Below are positions 19,072 through 28,066 of a stretch of DNA of 64,000 nt, piece after piece (the stretch's first letter is position 1; each line of letters starts with the position of its first letter). A program made the position numbers and the translations under genes. The DNA is taken from positions 128,001 to 192,000 of IMG/VR virus record IMGVR_UViG_3300002307_000018, one strand, 5' to 3'. Under the pieces are notes generated by a model. It searched no databases and was not told where the DNA came from. It worked only from the letters and a program-made list of their open reading frames with translations. This DNA is from a virus. Taxonomy: Duplodnaviria > Caudoviricetes.

Positions 19072-19287
19072 ATGGCAAAAGAAGAACCGATTATATTAAC
19101 AGGAGTTGTCACTGAACTGCTTCCCGCTGGAACATTCCGAATTAAATTACCTAACGACAAACTCGTACTAGGGCATTTATCTGGAAAAATTCGTCAACAC
19201 GCAATAAAGGTGTTATTAGGTGATCAGGTATCTATCGAATTTTCCCCGTATGATCTGACTAAAGGCAGAATTGTCCGGAGATTATAA
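19072..19287 (+). CDS. infA: Translation initiation factor IF-1
   Basis: [47 protein letters not shown]. Confidence 0.92.
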   Translation: MAKEEPIILTGVVTELLPAGTFRIKLPNDKLVLGHLSGKIRQHAIKVLLGDQVSIEFSPYDLTKGRIVRRL

Positions 19288-19892
19288 TGTACTTTTTGTA
19301 TGAAAAAACTCACAAGCAGACCGGACTTAAATATCTAGGTCAAACAAAAGAGAACCCGTATCTTTATACGGGTTCTGGCATTGATTGGAGAAAACATCTT
19401 AAAGAATACGGTAGCGAGATAGATACTTATGTATTATTTCAATCTGAAATTTGGAATGAAATTGTTTATTGGGGTAGATATTACAGTCAACTATATAACA
19501 TCGTCAATGCTCAAGACGACTTTGGAAATAAAATCTGGGCTAATCGTATACCAGAAACTGGAGGTGGCGGAAGTGATTGGAACGAAGAAACAAAATTAAA
19601 GCACAAGATGTCGTTGAAAGCATCACATAGTATGTCATCAGTTAAAGAAATTGATAGATTAAATGGCATAAAAAGTGCAAATTTACGAATTCAAAATAAA
19701 ACACATAATTTATTGGGTTCTAATAATGTAAATTTTGATCACAAAATTCATGAATTTTATCATAATGATGGAACTGTCGAAAATGTCACACGAAAAGAAA
19801 TGATGATAAAATATGACTATCTATCTCATTCTGGAATGTCGTTACTCATAAATGGGCTTCAATCTCATCACAAAGGATGGAGAGTACGATAA
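19287..19892 (+). CDS. Seg-like GIY-YIG homing endonuclease (free-standing)
   Basis: LYEKTHKQTGLKYLGQT...YTGSG..W.KHL; AT-rich. Confidence 0.7.
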   Translation: MYFLYEKTHKQTGLKYLGQTKENPYLYTGSGIDWRKHLKEYGSEIDTYVLFQSEIWNEIVYWGRYYSQLYNIVNAQDDFGNKIWANRIPETGGGGSDWNEETKLKHKMSLKASHSMSSVKEIDRLNGIKSANLRIQNKTHNLLGSNNVNFDHKIHEFYHNDGTVENVTRKEMMIKYDYLSHSGMSLLINGLQSHHKGWRVR

Positions 19893-19901
19893 ATACTATC
19901 T

Positions 19902-20456
19902 ATGCGTGAACTCATTACCCTACTAGAAGCAAAGTCAAAAGACGATATCGGCATTGTCGATCTATCGTACAAAGAGGATGCGCTTGCTCCAACAATGAGC
20001 AAGGATACTATCAAGCTACATTGGGGTAAACTAGCATACGCTTACGCTGAACGATTCAACAAGGGCGAGGGCGATCCCGAGTTCAACTATGCAGGCGCAA
20101 TGCTGCATAACATCTTCTTTGCACAGTTTCGTGAAGGTAGAAACAAGAATGAACCCAACGGTCCCGTTGGTAATCTAATCAAACAAAAATTCAAAAACTT
20201 CTCTAACTTCTGTGATGAGTTTACATCATCAGCCATGTCTATTCAGGGCAGCGGATGGTGCTATCTATCACGCAGCGGAGAAATCAAAACAATACCCAAT
20301 CATGCAATGCGTACTGACATATTGATACTAGTCGATATGTGGGAACATGCTTACTTGCTAGACTACGGCAGTGACAAAAGCAAGTATCTAGCTGATATTT
20401 GGCGCATTATGGATTGGAACAAAATCAATGCAGTATGGGGTCAAGCTTACAAATGA
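19902..20456 (+). CDS. sod: Fe/Mn superoxide dismutase
   Basis: ALAP.MSK.TI.LH, HNIFF, GSGW and DMWEHAY motifs. Confidence 0.85.
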   Translation: MRELITLLEAKSKDDIGIVDLSYKEDALAPTMSKDTIKLHWGKLAYAYAERFNKGEGDPEFNYAGAMLHNIFFAQFREGRNKNEPNGPVGNLIKQKFKNFSNFCDEFTSSAMSIQGSGWCYLSRSGEIKTIPNHAMRTDILILVDMWEHAYLLDYGSDKSKYLADIWRIMDWNKINAVWGQAYK

Positions 20457-21136
20457 AACAGTCAGAGATCATAAACGAAATAATACCACTATCTCAAAGA
20501 GCTTTTAAGGGTGAAATTGAGCCTCTTAGCCCCGAAGAACGTAGACAGTTACGTGGAGCTAAACCACTTCCTGGAGGTAGCAAATACTTTTACAAAGTCA
20601 TTGCTAATACTAATGGCAATACCATTCGTCTTATCGATCACGATCACGCTAACAAAGTCATAGGTGAATTGATAATACTAACCGATGTGCAGTTTCCCAT
20701 AAAGAATTCTGCTCATATATCATCGATTGAAATAGACGAGGCGTATCGTGGTCAGGGACTAGCAAAAGCACTGTACGGTATTGCCATGGCTATACTAAAA
20801 TACACACTGATTGCTGGCAACAGTCAGACTCCCGGTGGCCGCAGAAACTGGGTCAGCTTGTACAATATACCCAATGTTGTAGTGCAAGGTTATGTCATGA
20901 TTGATGATGCATACTTGAAGAATGACAACGATTTTATCGACAGAATTATGCACATTGGCGCTGAGTATCTTGGTAAAATCGGTGGGAGAAAAAGAACAGA
21001 TCATTTCTTTGCATTCCCGCTTACAATTGACAAACTTCAACTGAAGAATGCAATCAAGGGCAGCGACTTTGATCTGTACAGCCATCACGGCCACGTGGCC
21101 ATAGAAGTAGGTATGTTTGCTCAATGGAAACCTTAA
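20453..21136 (+). CDS. GNAT-family acetyltransferase
   Basis: IEIDEAYRGQGLAKALY motif. Confidence 0.75.
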   Translation: MKQSEIINEIIPLSQRAFKGEIEPLSPEERRQLRGAKPLPGGSKYFYKVIANTNGNTIRLIDHDHANKVIGELIILTDVQFPIKNSAHISSIEIDEAYRGQGLAKALYGIAMAILKYTLIAGNSQTPGGRRNWVSLYNIPNVVVQGYVMIDDAYLKNDNDFIDRIMHIGAEYLGKIGGRKRTDHFFAFPLTIDKLQLKNAIKGSDFDLYSHHGHVAIEVGMFAQWKP

Positions 21137-21137
21137 C

Positions 21138-21464
21138 ATGATAACACTAACAGAATCAGCAATTACGAAAATTAAAGACATTATTATTGATGAACAGAAT
21201 CCACTGCTTAAATTGCGAGTGTTCATTGAGGGCGGAGGCTGTAGCGGAATGAACTACAACTTTACTCTTGATGAAGAACAAAGTGATGACGATTTTGTCG
21301 TTGATAGTAGTGATGTTCAATTGCTCGTCGATGGCTCAAGCATGGAATATCTACGTGGAGCAACCATCGACTACGTAGAATCAATACACGGTAGCAACTT
21401 TTCAATCTCAAACCCCAATGCTCAGACTACGTGTGGGTGCGGAAGCTCGTTCAATCCCTATTGA
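21138..21464 (+). CDS. erpA: A-type Fe-S carrier (ErpA/IscA/HesB)
   Basis: GGGCSG and TCGCGSSF motifs. Confidence 0.88.
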   Translation: MITLTESAITKIKDIIIDEQNPLLKLRVFIEGGGCSGMNYNFTLDEEQSDDDFVVDSSDVQLLVDGSSMEYLRGATIDYVESIHGSNFSISNPNAQTTCGCGSSFNPY

Positions 21465-21474
21465 CGCAATCGTT

Positions 21475-21506
21475 CTCTATCTATTTCAGATAAATAATAG
21501 ATAGAG
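21475..21506 (+). promoter_or_regulatory. RBS-sequestering hairpin with late-promoter motif in loop
   Basis: CTCTATCTATT / AATAGATAGAG 11-bp inverted repeat; GATAAATA at 21489..21496; GAGG RBS overlaps the 3' arm. Confidence 0.65.
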
Positions 21507-21515
21507 GAAAAAACA

Positions 21516-23879
21516 ATGGCGATCTCAGGTCAACAAAACATAAATATTGGTCAACCCAACAGTCCGGTGAATAGCGACAGTCTATACACGGCGTTTACCA
21601 CTATACAGAATAACTTCGATCAGTTATTTCAGCGTAGCAGTCCCATCACATCGATTGTTGCTGGTCAGGGATTAGTAATCAGTAACGCACAACCAAATAG
21701 TTACTCTATTACAAACACTGGTGTTATTAGTCTTGTGGCTGGTCGAAACGTAACGATCACTACACTAACAGGAACTCCCGGAAGCAATGGTACGCTTGTT
21801 ATCAACAGCACAGGAACGGGCGGTAATGGTGGCGGTACTGTTGACAGTGTAGGTGTTACTAGCTCAACGCTACTTGTAAACAACAGCCCAATTACAACAT
21901 CAGGAAATATTGACGTAGAATTGCTACCAATAACAGGCGTGGCTGGTTCATATCGCAGTGCTAACATTACAGTTGATGGATACGGTAGAATAATTACAGT
22001 TGCAAACGGTGCAAGCAGTGGAACTGTTACCAGCGTAGGTGTTGCGGCAGGCAATGGTATCGCAGTTGGTGGTAGCCCTGTTACAACAAGCGGAGTCATT
22101 ACTGTTACTAACACTGGTGTCACAAGCATTGTGGCAGGCTCTGGTATCACAATCAATCAAAGCAACGGTGCAGTTACAATCAACTCTACTGGTGGCGGTA
22201 ATGGGGGTAGCGGTACCGTTACTCGTGTATCAGTTGCATCAAATACATTATCAGTCACGGGCAGCCCAATTGTAAGCAGCGGAATCATCGATATTGAACT
22301 TCCTGCTAACTTAACTACAAACGTACTAACAGCAAACGCAGCAAACGTTGGTAATATTATTAGTAATCAACTACAAATCAATGCCTCAAACACCAACGTG
22401 GGTATTACACTTAGCACAGCAGGATCAACCGCTAACAATTACGGAATCGTCAGTAAGAAATCTCGCGGAACCGCTATTACGCCCACTGCATCTTTGATCG
22501 GTGATACGTTACTCAATCTACAATCGCAAGCTTACACGCAATTTAGCAAGTATCAGAATGGCGGCAGATTTGAAGTCGTGTCGAATGGACTTGCAACAAG
22601 CGGATCAAGTTATGTTCCGACAATCGTATCGATTAACTCAACCGGTAACACTGATGTTCAGTATTCAATGACACTAGATGATCGTGGCAATTTAGTATTG
22701 CCTGGTCGCATAAGCAGTCACGTGTTCAGTAACATAAGCAATCCAGCAACATACATAACCAGTCGTGCTCGTGGTTTGGATGAGGGAAATATCAGTGGAG
22801 TACAGATCGGAGATACGTTAGCACGTAATCTTACCTTTGGATACACCGGAAACGGATCAACAACTGTTGATAACATTGCGGGATTTAGTTATTCTGGGGG
22901 TTCAGAAATCTCAGTTTCGTCACTACCTACAAGCAACGGACAATTTATACCAAGTAACTACGTGATAAAGACAGTCAATACTGGAAACACAGTAGTCAAT
23001 AGTACATTCACTAGTGCAGGTAACTTAAACATTGTTGGATCATATGTTGGATCAACGCTTCAACTGTCTTCTTCTAACAGTTCAACTGGTGCAACCATTA
23101 CATCAGCAAGCAATACTAGTGCTATGTACGGATATGTATCACAAAAAGCACGTGGTACAATCGCTCTTCCAACACCGGCTCAAGTTGGCGATACACTGTT
23201 AAACATACAAAGTCAAGGGTACACCTCATTCAATACGTTTAACAATGCAGCCTCTATACAGGTACTAAGTACTGGAGTTGCATCGTCAAACAGTAGTTAT
23301 GTTCCAAGTACTATCTTTTTCAACAGCACGAGCAATACTGGTCTTGTTTACTCTATGTCATTAAATGACAATGGTAATGTTATTATTCCGGGACATATCG
23401 GTCAGCGCATATACAGCAATGTTTCAAATTATTCATCCGGTGCTGTTAGTCGTGCTCGTGGAACTGATTCTGGAAATATTGCAATCATTCAAGCGGGTGA
23501 TTCAATAGAAAGAAAAAGCTACTTTGGATACAGTGGCAACGGAACCACTACTGTAGATGGAATTACTGGATGGGCATATGCTGGTGGTACTGAGGTTAGA
23601 GTTGTATCAGCTCCGAGTTCTGGCGGAAATATTCCATCTAGTTTTTATGTAAATGCTATCGACAACAGCGGATCACTGCTGACTAGCACATTTGACAATA
23701 ACGGAAACTTGACTATACCAGCGGCATTCAATGGAACTAAACTTACAGTCAGTGGTAACGCAAACGTTGGTGGATTGGAAACAACGCTAAGCGCAACCGC
23801 TAATACTACTGCAACAGTAACCGCAACGATACCAATAGTGATCAATGGAGTAACTTATAAAATTATGCTGACCACATAA
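21516..23879 (+). CDS. Tail-fibre-like structural protein
   Basis: N-terminal DSLYTAFTTIQNNFDQLF attachment-like segment; GTVTSVG repeats; Gly/Ser/Thr/Asn-rich. Confidence 0.65.
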   Translation: MAISGQQNINIGQPNSPVNSDSLYTAFTTIQNNFDQLFQRSSPITSIVAGQGLVISNAQPNSYSITNTGVISLVAGRNVTITTLTGTPGSNGTLVINSTGTGGNGGGTVDSVGVTSSTLLVNNSPITTSGNIDVELLPITGVAGSYRSANITVDGYGRIITVANGASSGTVTSVGVAAGNGIAVGGSPVTTSGVITVTNTGVTSIVAGSGITINQSNGAVTINSTGGGNGGSGTVTRVSVASNTLSVTGSPIVSSGIIDIELPANLTTNVLTANAANVGNIISNQLQINASNTNVGITLSTAGSTANNYGIVSKKSRGTAITPTASLIGDTLLNLQSQAYTQFSKYQNGGRFEVVSNGLATSGSSYVPTIVSINSTGNTDVQYSMTLDDRGNLVLPGRISSHVFSNISNPATYITSRARGLDEGNISGVQIGDTLARNLTFGYTGNGSTTVDNIAGFSYSGGSEISVSSLPTSNGQFIPSNYVIKTVNTGNTVVNSTFTSAGNLNIVGSYVGSTLQLSSSNSSTGATITSASNTSAMYGYVSQKARGTIALPTPAQVGDTLLNIQSQGYTSFNTFNNAASIQVLSTGVASSNSSYVPSTIFFNSTSNTGLVYSMSLNDNGNVIIPGHIGQRIYSNVSNYSSGAVSRARGTDSGNIAIIQAGDSIERKSYFGYSGNGTTTVDGITGWAYAGGTEVRVVSAPSSGGNIPSSFYVNAIDNSGSLLTSTFDNNGNLTIPAAFNGTKLTVSGNANVGGLETTLSATANTTATVTATIPIVINGVTYKIMLTT

Positions 23880-23892
23880 TTTTACATAAAAG

Positions 23893-23915
23893 AAAAGCCC
23901 TCATAGAGGGCTTTT
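23893..23915. terminator. Bidirectional terminator
   Basis: AAAAGCCCTC-ATA-GAGGGCTTTT between convergent genes. Confidence 0.8.
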
Positions 23916-23917
23916 TA

Positions 23918-26023
23918 TTACTTAGACTTCAAGTGATGTTCTATTTCATCACGCTCTGCATCAGTCAATAACTCAGCGTCATATTCACCACTATCTATCT
24001 TTTGAATCAAGTACTGAAGATAGGGCGTGTAGTGCAAGTAACTTGCGTTTTGTTCTTTGTCAACACGAATCCATTTGCTGCTGTTAAACTTATATACAAT
24101 GTTTGGCATAGTGTCAGTGCGAATGTAAATGTCACCAGTCTTTGCAAAGTCTGGGAACATATTACCAAACATAATACGATTTACTGGATCGGTAGCTTTT
24201 AGTATTAGATCAGGGCGCATTGTACGTAGAGCATCTATGCTTACTCGTTTGCCATTGAAATTAACATATGATTCTGATGGATGAAATAACTGTGCCTCTT
24301 TGGTTACACCTACAGTTTGTATGTCATCTGGATTAACTGGTTCACCAATGAATATATCAGCATCGGCAGTTGGTTCTGGCTGTGGTTCGATCTCTACTGT
24401 CTCTACTACTTCTTTCAATAGTTGATCACGTTCAAAAGTCACGTGAGCCAGTGCGTCTTCAAGATCAGTAAGGTCTATTCTAAGGTCAGTGTAATCTTTA
24501 AGCGCACGATCACGTTCTGCTATCATCTTGTACAATTCGGCTTCGAGATTGGTATAATCTGTTTTGAGTTTGACGTTGGTCTCAAACACATCAACTCGTC
24601 CGTCTTCTAGTTCTTTAATGAAATAGTCAAGTTGGTCAATCTTGGCATGAAGGGCTGTGTTATCTCGTTCTTCATCGTCATGCGTCTTGATATAGGAGTT
24701 TTTGACTTCCTCTGATATCTGTAACCGTTCAGTTAAGTCTGAGATTTCACCTTTAAGACCTATGATTTCCACGTACAGTTCTTTTTGAGTTTCTTGTTCT
24801 GTGTTGTCAACCGGCGGTGTCGCTGCGAGTAGTTCGTCTAGTGTCTTACGTTCACGTCGGTGGAACTCAAATGAATACTGACTGGCTAATAGTAACAACA
24901 CCGCAAGCGGGTCGAATACAAAGATAATCGTAATGATTACCCATCGTACCGCACGTTCAAGCATGTTCTTGTCAGACTCTTCGCCGTAAACAAACTCTGC
25001 GATGTACTTGATCGGTCCAACTTCTGCCTCAAGTTTACGATACTCACTCTCAAGTTTGTATTTTTCTTTGGTGGCATCATCAAGAGCAGTCTGTGCAACT
25101 TTCAAGAGATTAGTTTGTTCCTTGAGTTGACTGTCAATGTCTTCATTCTTGTTCTTGCCCAGTGACTCACGTAGTCGCACGATAGTCTTGTTTGACTCTG
25201 CGACCTGTACGTCTACTGTGGCACGTAAGCGTTTGACTTCTTCACGTGCGGCCTGAATGTTGGAGTTGTCCTTATTGATGTCTTGAATCTTAGTAACTAG
25301 TTGAGCACGTTCTTGTGTCTTGGCTGCCTTCCACGTGTTGACTGCACGAGCGGTACCCGGACCCCAATCACCATCAGTCTTGACACCCACCATAGCCTGT
25401 GCTTTGTCTACTTCTTTGTTGTCAACATACTTTTGTAACTGTGCTAACTCCTCATCGATCTTGGTGATTTGATCTGAGAACAGTTTGCTTTGACCCTCAA
25501 TGATTTTGTTTTGTTCATCAATTTGTGGTTGAATACGTGCGTACGCTGAGTCAATACGTTTTTGTTCAGCATCGATTTGACTTTGTACTGACGCATCTGC
25601 ACCACCGCCACCACTTTCAAGTTGTTTGATGCGTGTTTCATATCGTTCAACCAGCGCAGTTTGACGCTTGATCTCGTTGTTGTATCGTTCAACCTGTGAT
25701 TGACTTTCTTGTGATGCGGAGGTTTGTTCAATGTGTGCCTTTGATAGAAAGCCAAAGATACCCATTGACGTAATAAACATCAACACAATAACTGCTATTG
25801 ACAAGTAGGTTTTCAACCACCATACTGCTTGCGACCAGTATCTATGTAGCCATACCGTAGTGACCAGTTTAGCGATTTCAAGTATACCGCCCATGATAAC
25901 AATGGGTATTACCGCTGCCGCAAAGATAGCAGCAAGACCAGCTACTGAATAGTAAATGGCAACAGCACTGATGCACAGTGCTGTAACGAATGTTAGATTG
26001 GTTAATAGTAGTTTGTTTTTCAT
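23918..26023 (-). CDS. Membrane-anchored coiled-coil protein with internal peptidoglycan-binding-like motif
   Basis: N-terminal TM helices, long heptads, VGVKTDGDWGPGT, further TM. Confidence 0.6.
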   Translation of the reverse strand: MKNKLLLTNLTFVTALCISAVAIYYSVAGLAAIFAAAVIPIVIMGGILEIAKLVTTVWLHRYWSQAVWWLKTYLSIAVIVLMFITSMGIFGFLSKAHIEQTSASQESQSQVERYNNEIKRQTALVERYETRIKQLESGGGGADASVQSQIDAEQKRIDSAYARIQPQIDEQNKIIEGQSKLFSDQITKIDEELAQLQKYVDNKEVDKAQAMVGVKTDGDWGPGTARAVNTWKAAKTQERAQLVTKIQDINKDNSNIQAAREEVKRLRATVDVQVAESNKTIVRLRESLGKNKNEDIDSQLKEQTNLLKVAQTALDDATKEKYKLESEYRKLEAEVGPIKYIAEFVYGEESDKNMLERAVRWVIITIIFVFDPLAVLLLLASQYSFEFHRRERKTLDELLAATPPVDNTEQETQKELYVEIIGLKGEISDLTERLQISEEVKNSYIKTHDDEERDNTALHAKIDQLDYFIKELEDGRVDVFETNVKLKTDYTNLEAELYKMIAERDRALKDYTDLRIDLTDLEDALAHVTFERDQLLKEVVETVEIEPQPEPTADADIFIGEPVNPDDIQTVGVTKEAQLFHPSESYVNFNGKRVSIDALRTMRPDLILKATDPVNRIMFGNMFPDFAKTGDIYIRTDTMPNIVYKFNSSKWIRVDKEQNASYLHYTPYLQYLIQKIDSGEYDAELLTDAERDEIEHHLKSK

Positions 26024-26068
26024 AGGTAATATTTATTTAGTTGGTTGAACTGTGTCAACAACTACTAC

Positions 26069-26290
26069 TTAATTCGTAGTGGGGAAAAACAAATGACCGA
26101 AAGAGCCGATAAACTCTTTCTCAGTCATTTGTAATCTTTTTGGTATGCCGTCTTTGGCAAATTTGATTTCGTACGTGACCCAGTACTCTGAATGGCCAAA
26201 GTCACGTAGATTTGTTTCAATGATCTTGATAGAACGATTGTCTTCAAACGTAAATTGTCTACCAACGTGTGGATCAAAAGCGCAACTCAT
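26069..26290 (-). CDS. Hypothetical protein
   Basis: ATGA-coupled ORF. Confidence 0.55.
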   Translation of the reverse strand: MSCAFDPHVGRQFTFEDNRSIKIIETNLRDFGHSEYWVTYEIKFAKDGIPKRLQMTEKEFIGSFGHLFFPTTN

Positions 26291-26499
26291 AGTGTAACAG
26301 TTGCTTTATCAGTAGTGTACCGTTCAAATTCACCAAACAAGTCTTCAAACTTTAGTTGGTATACGGTTGACAGTCCGATCAGAGCGTTGAGTAAATCATC
26401 TTGTGATAATTTCTGAGCGTGATTAGTAACAGTCTTGATGTCATCAACCACGTGCCAGCAATTCATGATCGCTTGTTCTAGTTCAAATGTATCTTTCAT
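26287..26499 (-). CDS. Hypothetical protein
   Basis: ATGA-coupled ORF. Confidence 0.55.
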   Translation of the reverse strand: MKDTFELEQAIMNCWHVVDDIKTVTNHAQKLSQDDLLNALIGLSTVYQLKFEDLFGEFERYTTDKATVTL

Positions 26500-26729
26500 T
26501 TTGGTATCCTTTTTGTTTCAATTACGCCCTTACAGTCAAAGAAGCCAACACGAGCGGCGCCTTTTGGACTACCAACGTATTCACATCCTGTACTTGCTTC
26601 CACTCGCTTAATCGCAGTATTAAACTCTCCAACGCTAATGAATGCAAAAACGATGGTTGCAACAAAGACTGTTCCTAGAATCAGGCATAGTATCCACCAA
26701 ATAAAATCTTCTTTATAATCTAATCTCAT
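26496..26729 (-). CDS. Small membrane protein
   Basis: One TM helix; ATGA-coupled to ligase. Confidence 0.55.
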   Translation of the reverse strand: MRLDYKEDFIWWILCLILGTVFVATIVFAFISVGEFNTAIKRVEASTGCEYVGSPKGAARVGFFDCKGVIETKRIPK

Positions 26730-28066
26730 TCTTTCTCTCCTGTAAATGTATCACGAAAGCGCATAAAGCGTGGGAAACGTAAAGAGTACGTACCGTCTTG
26801 ATTTTGACTAACGGTATCGCACATGATTTCAACTGTACGACCAATCACTATATCACGATTAGTCCAGTACTCGTCACGCTCAGTATCCGACACTCCGCTG
26901 CCAACGTTCACACTAATATGTTTTCCATTGTCAACGCCCTCGCACACGAATGCGCCCAAGCGACCTATGTTTCTTCCAGTGCCCTCTTGAAGATCAACAA
27001 CTTTTAGATCAACTGTGATCACTGGCTTCCATTTTAGCCAGAATGTCGAACGTCTACACTCATAGGGTGCGCCCATTGCCTTGATCATGATACCCTCGTA
27101 ACCCGCTTTTACACAGTCTTGAGCATATCGTTCCATTTGATTCCGACCCTGACTTGTATCCAAGTTCACGATAAGATGATCAGGATACTCAACGTTGGGC
27201 ATCTTGTCAATACAGGGTTTGATAGCGTCTAAGTATTGTAGACGTTTCGACAACTGTGCGTTCCAGTATCCACGGTTAAAGTCTGCGGTTGGAATAAAAT
27301 CGAACACATGAAATACGCTGTCATTGGCATCGGCGTCTTTCTTACGAGCCACACGCATTAGTTCATTGAACGATTTACCAACTACCTCACCGTCTAAGAA
27401 GAAACTTTTAAATCCGGGTTGACGACTTGTCATCTCCTTCATTTGATTACAAATTTGCGACTCAATGTGACCAAAGTTGTCAAACACTTTACCATTGCGA
27501 CTGTATGATACCGCCATTGTAGTGCCATCGTCTTGAATAGCACATAACATAAGTACACGAACGCCATCAAGCTTAGGCTCAATACGTTGTTCGCCCACCA
27601 TTTCTGGTCGTCCTTCACAGCTAGTAGCAAGCTGACAAGAGAACACAGGCACTTCATACTTGGTTTTCTTGCAGACTTTGTTGAAAGTCTTTTCGCTGAC
27701 GTTACAACGCAAATCTTTACGCAGCACCGCAGCACACATTAGATTCCATTCATCACTGTCAAAGCGTGTACTCATTGCTTCAATAGCATCACGAGCAGCA
27801 TGACCAGTAAGTTTACGCAATCGCAGATCATCTAACAACGAGTTGAATTCAGCCCATGGATTCTCAGCATCAGTGATACCAATGGTTTCTGGAACTTGTT
27901 TGACTCCAAATGTAATCATGGGATTGTAACACGCTTGTACTAGAGACAAGAACATATCGGCACTGGTACCGCCTAATAGTGCCATTTCTAATGCTTGTGT
28001 GAATACATCCTCTTTGTGTAGCTTAGAGTTGGACTCGTTTAGTCTGTTGATCCAGCCTGCACTCAT
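26726..28066 (-). CDS. lig: ATP-dependent DNA ligase
   Basis: EPKLDGVR, LDGE, EGIMIK, WLKWK and SLRFPRF motifs. Confidence 0.92.
   Translation of the reverse strand: MSAGWINRLNESNSKLHKEDVFTQALEMALLGGTSADMFLSLVQACYNPMITFGVKQVPETIGITDAENPWAEFNSLLDDLRLRKLTGHAARDAIEAMSTRFDSDEWNLMCAAVLRKDLRCNVSEKTFNKVCKKTKYEVPVFSCQLATSCEGRPEMVGEQRIEPKLDGVRVLMLCAIQDDGTTMAVSYSRNGKVFDNFGHIESQICNQMKEMTSRQPGFKSFFLDGEVVGKSFNELMRVARKKDADANDSVFHVFDFIPTADFNRGYWNAQLSKRLQYLDAIKPCIDKMPNVEYPDHLIVNLDTSQGRNQMERYAQDCVKAGYEGIMIKAMGAPYECRRSTFWLKWKPVITVDLKVVDLQEGTGRNIGRLGAFVCEGVDNGKHISVNVGSGVSDTERDEYWTNRDIVIGRTVEIMCDTVSQNQDGTYSLRFPRFMRFRDTFTGEKE

Noticed and set aside
21701-22156. Antisense ORFs inside the tail-fibre, porin, curlin and rIIA genes
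   Set aside because: They are typical shadow ORFs of low-complexity or biased-codon genes, with no motifs or expression signals.
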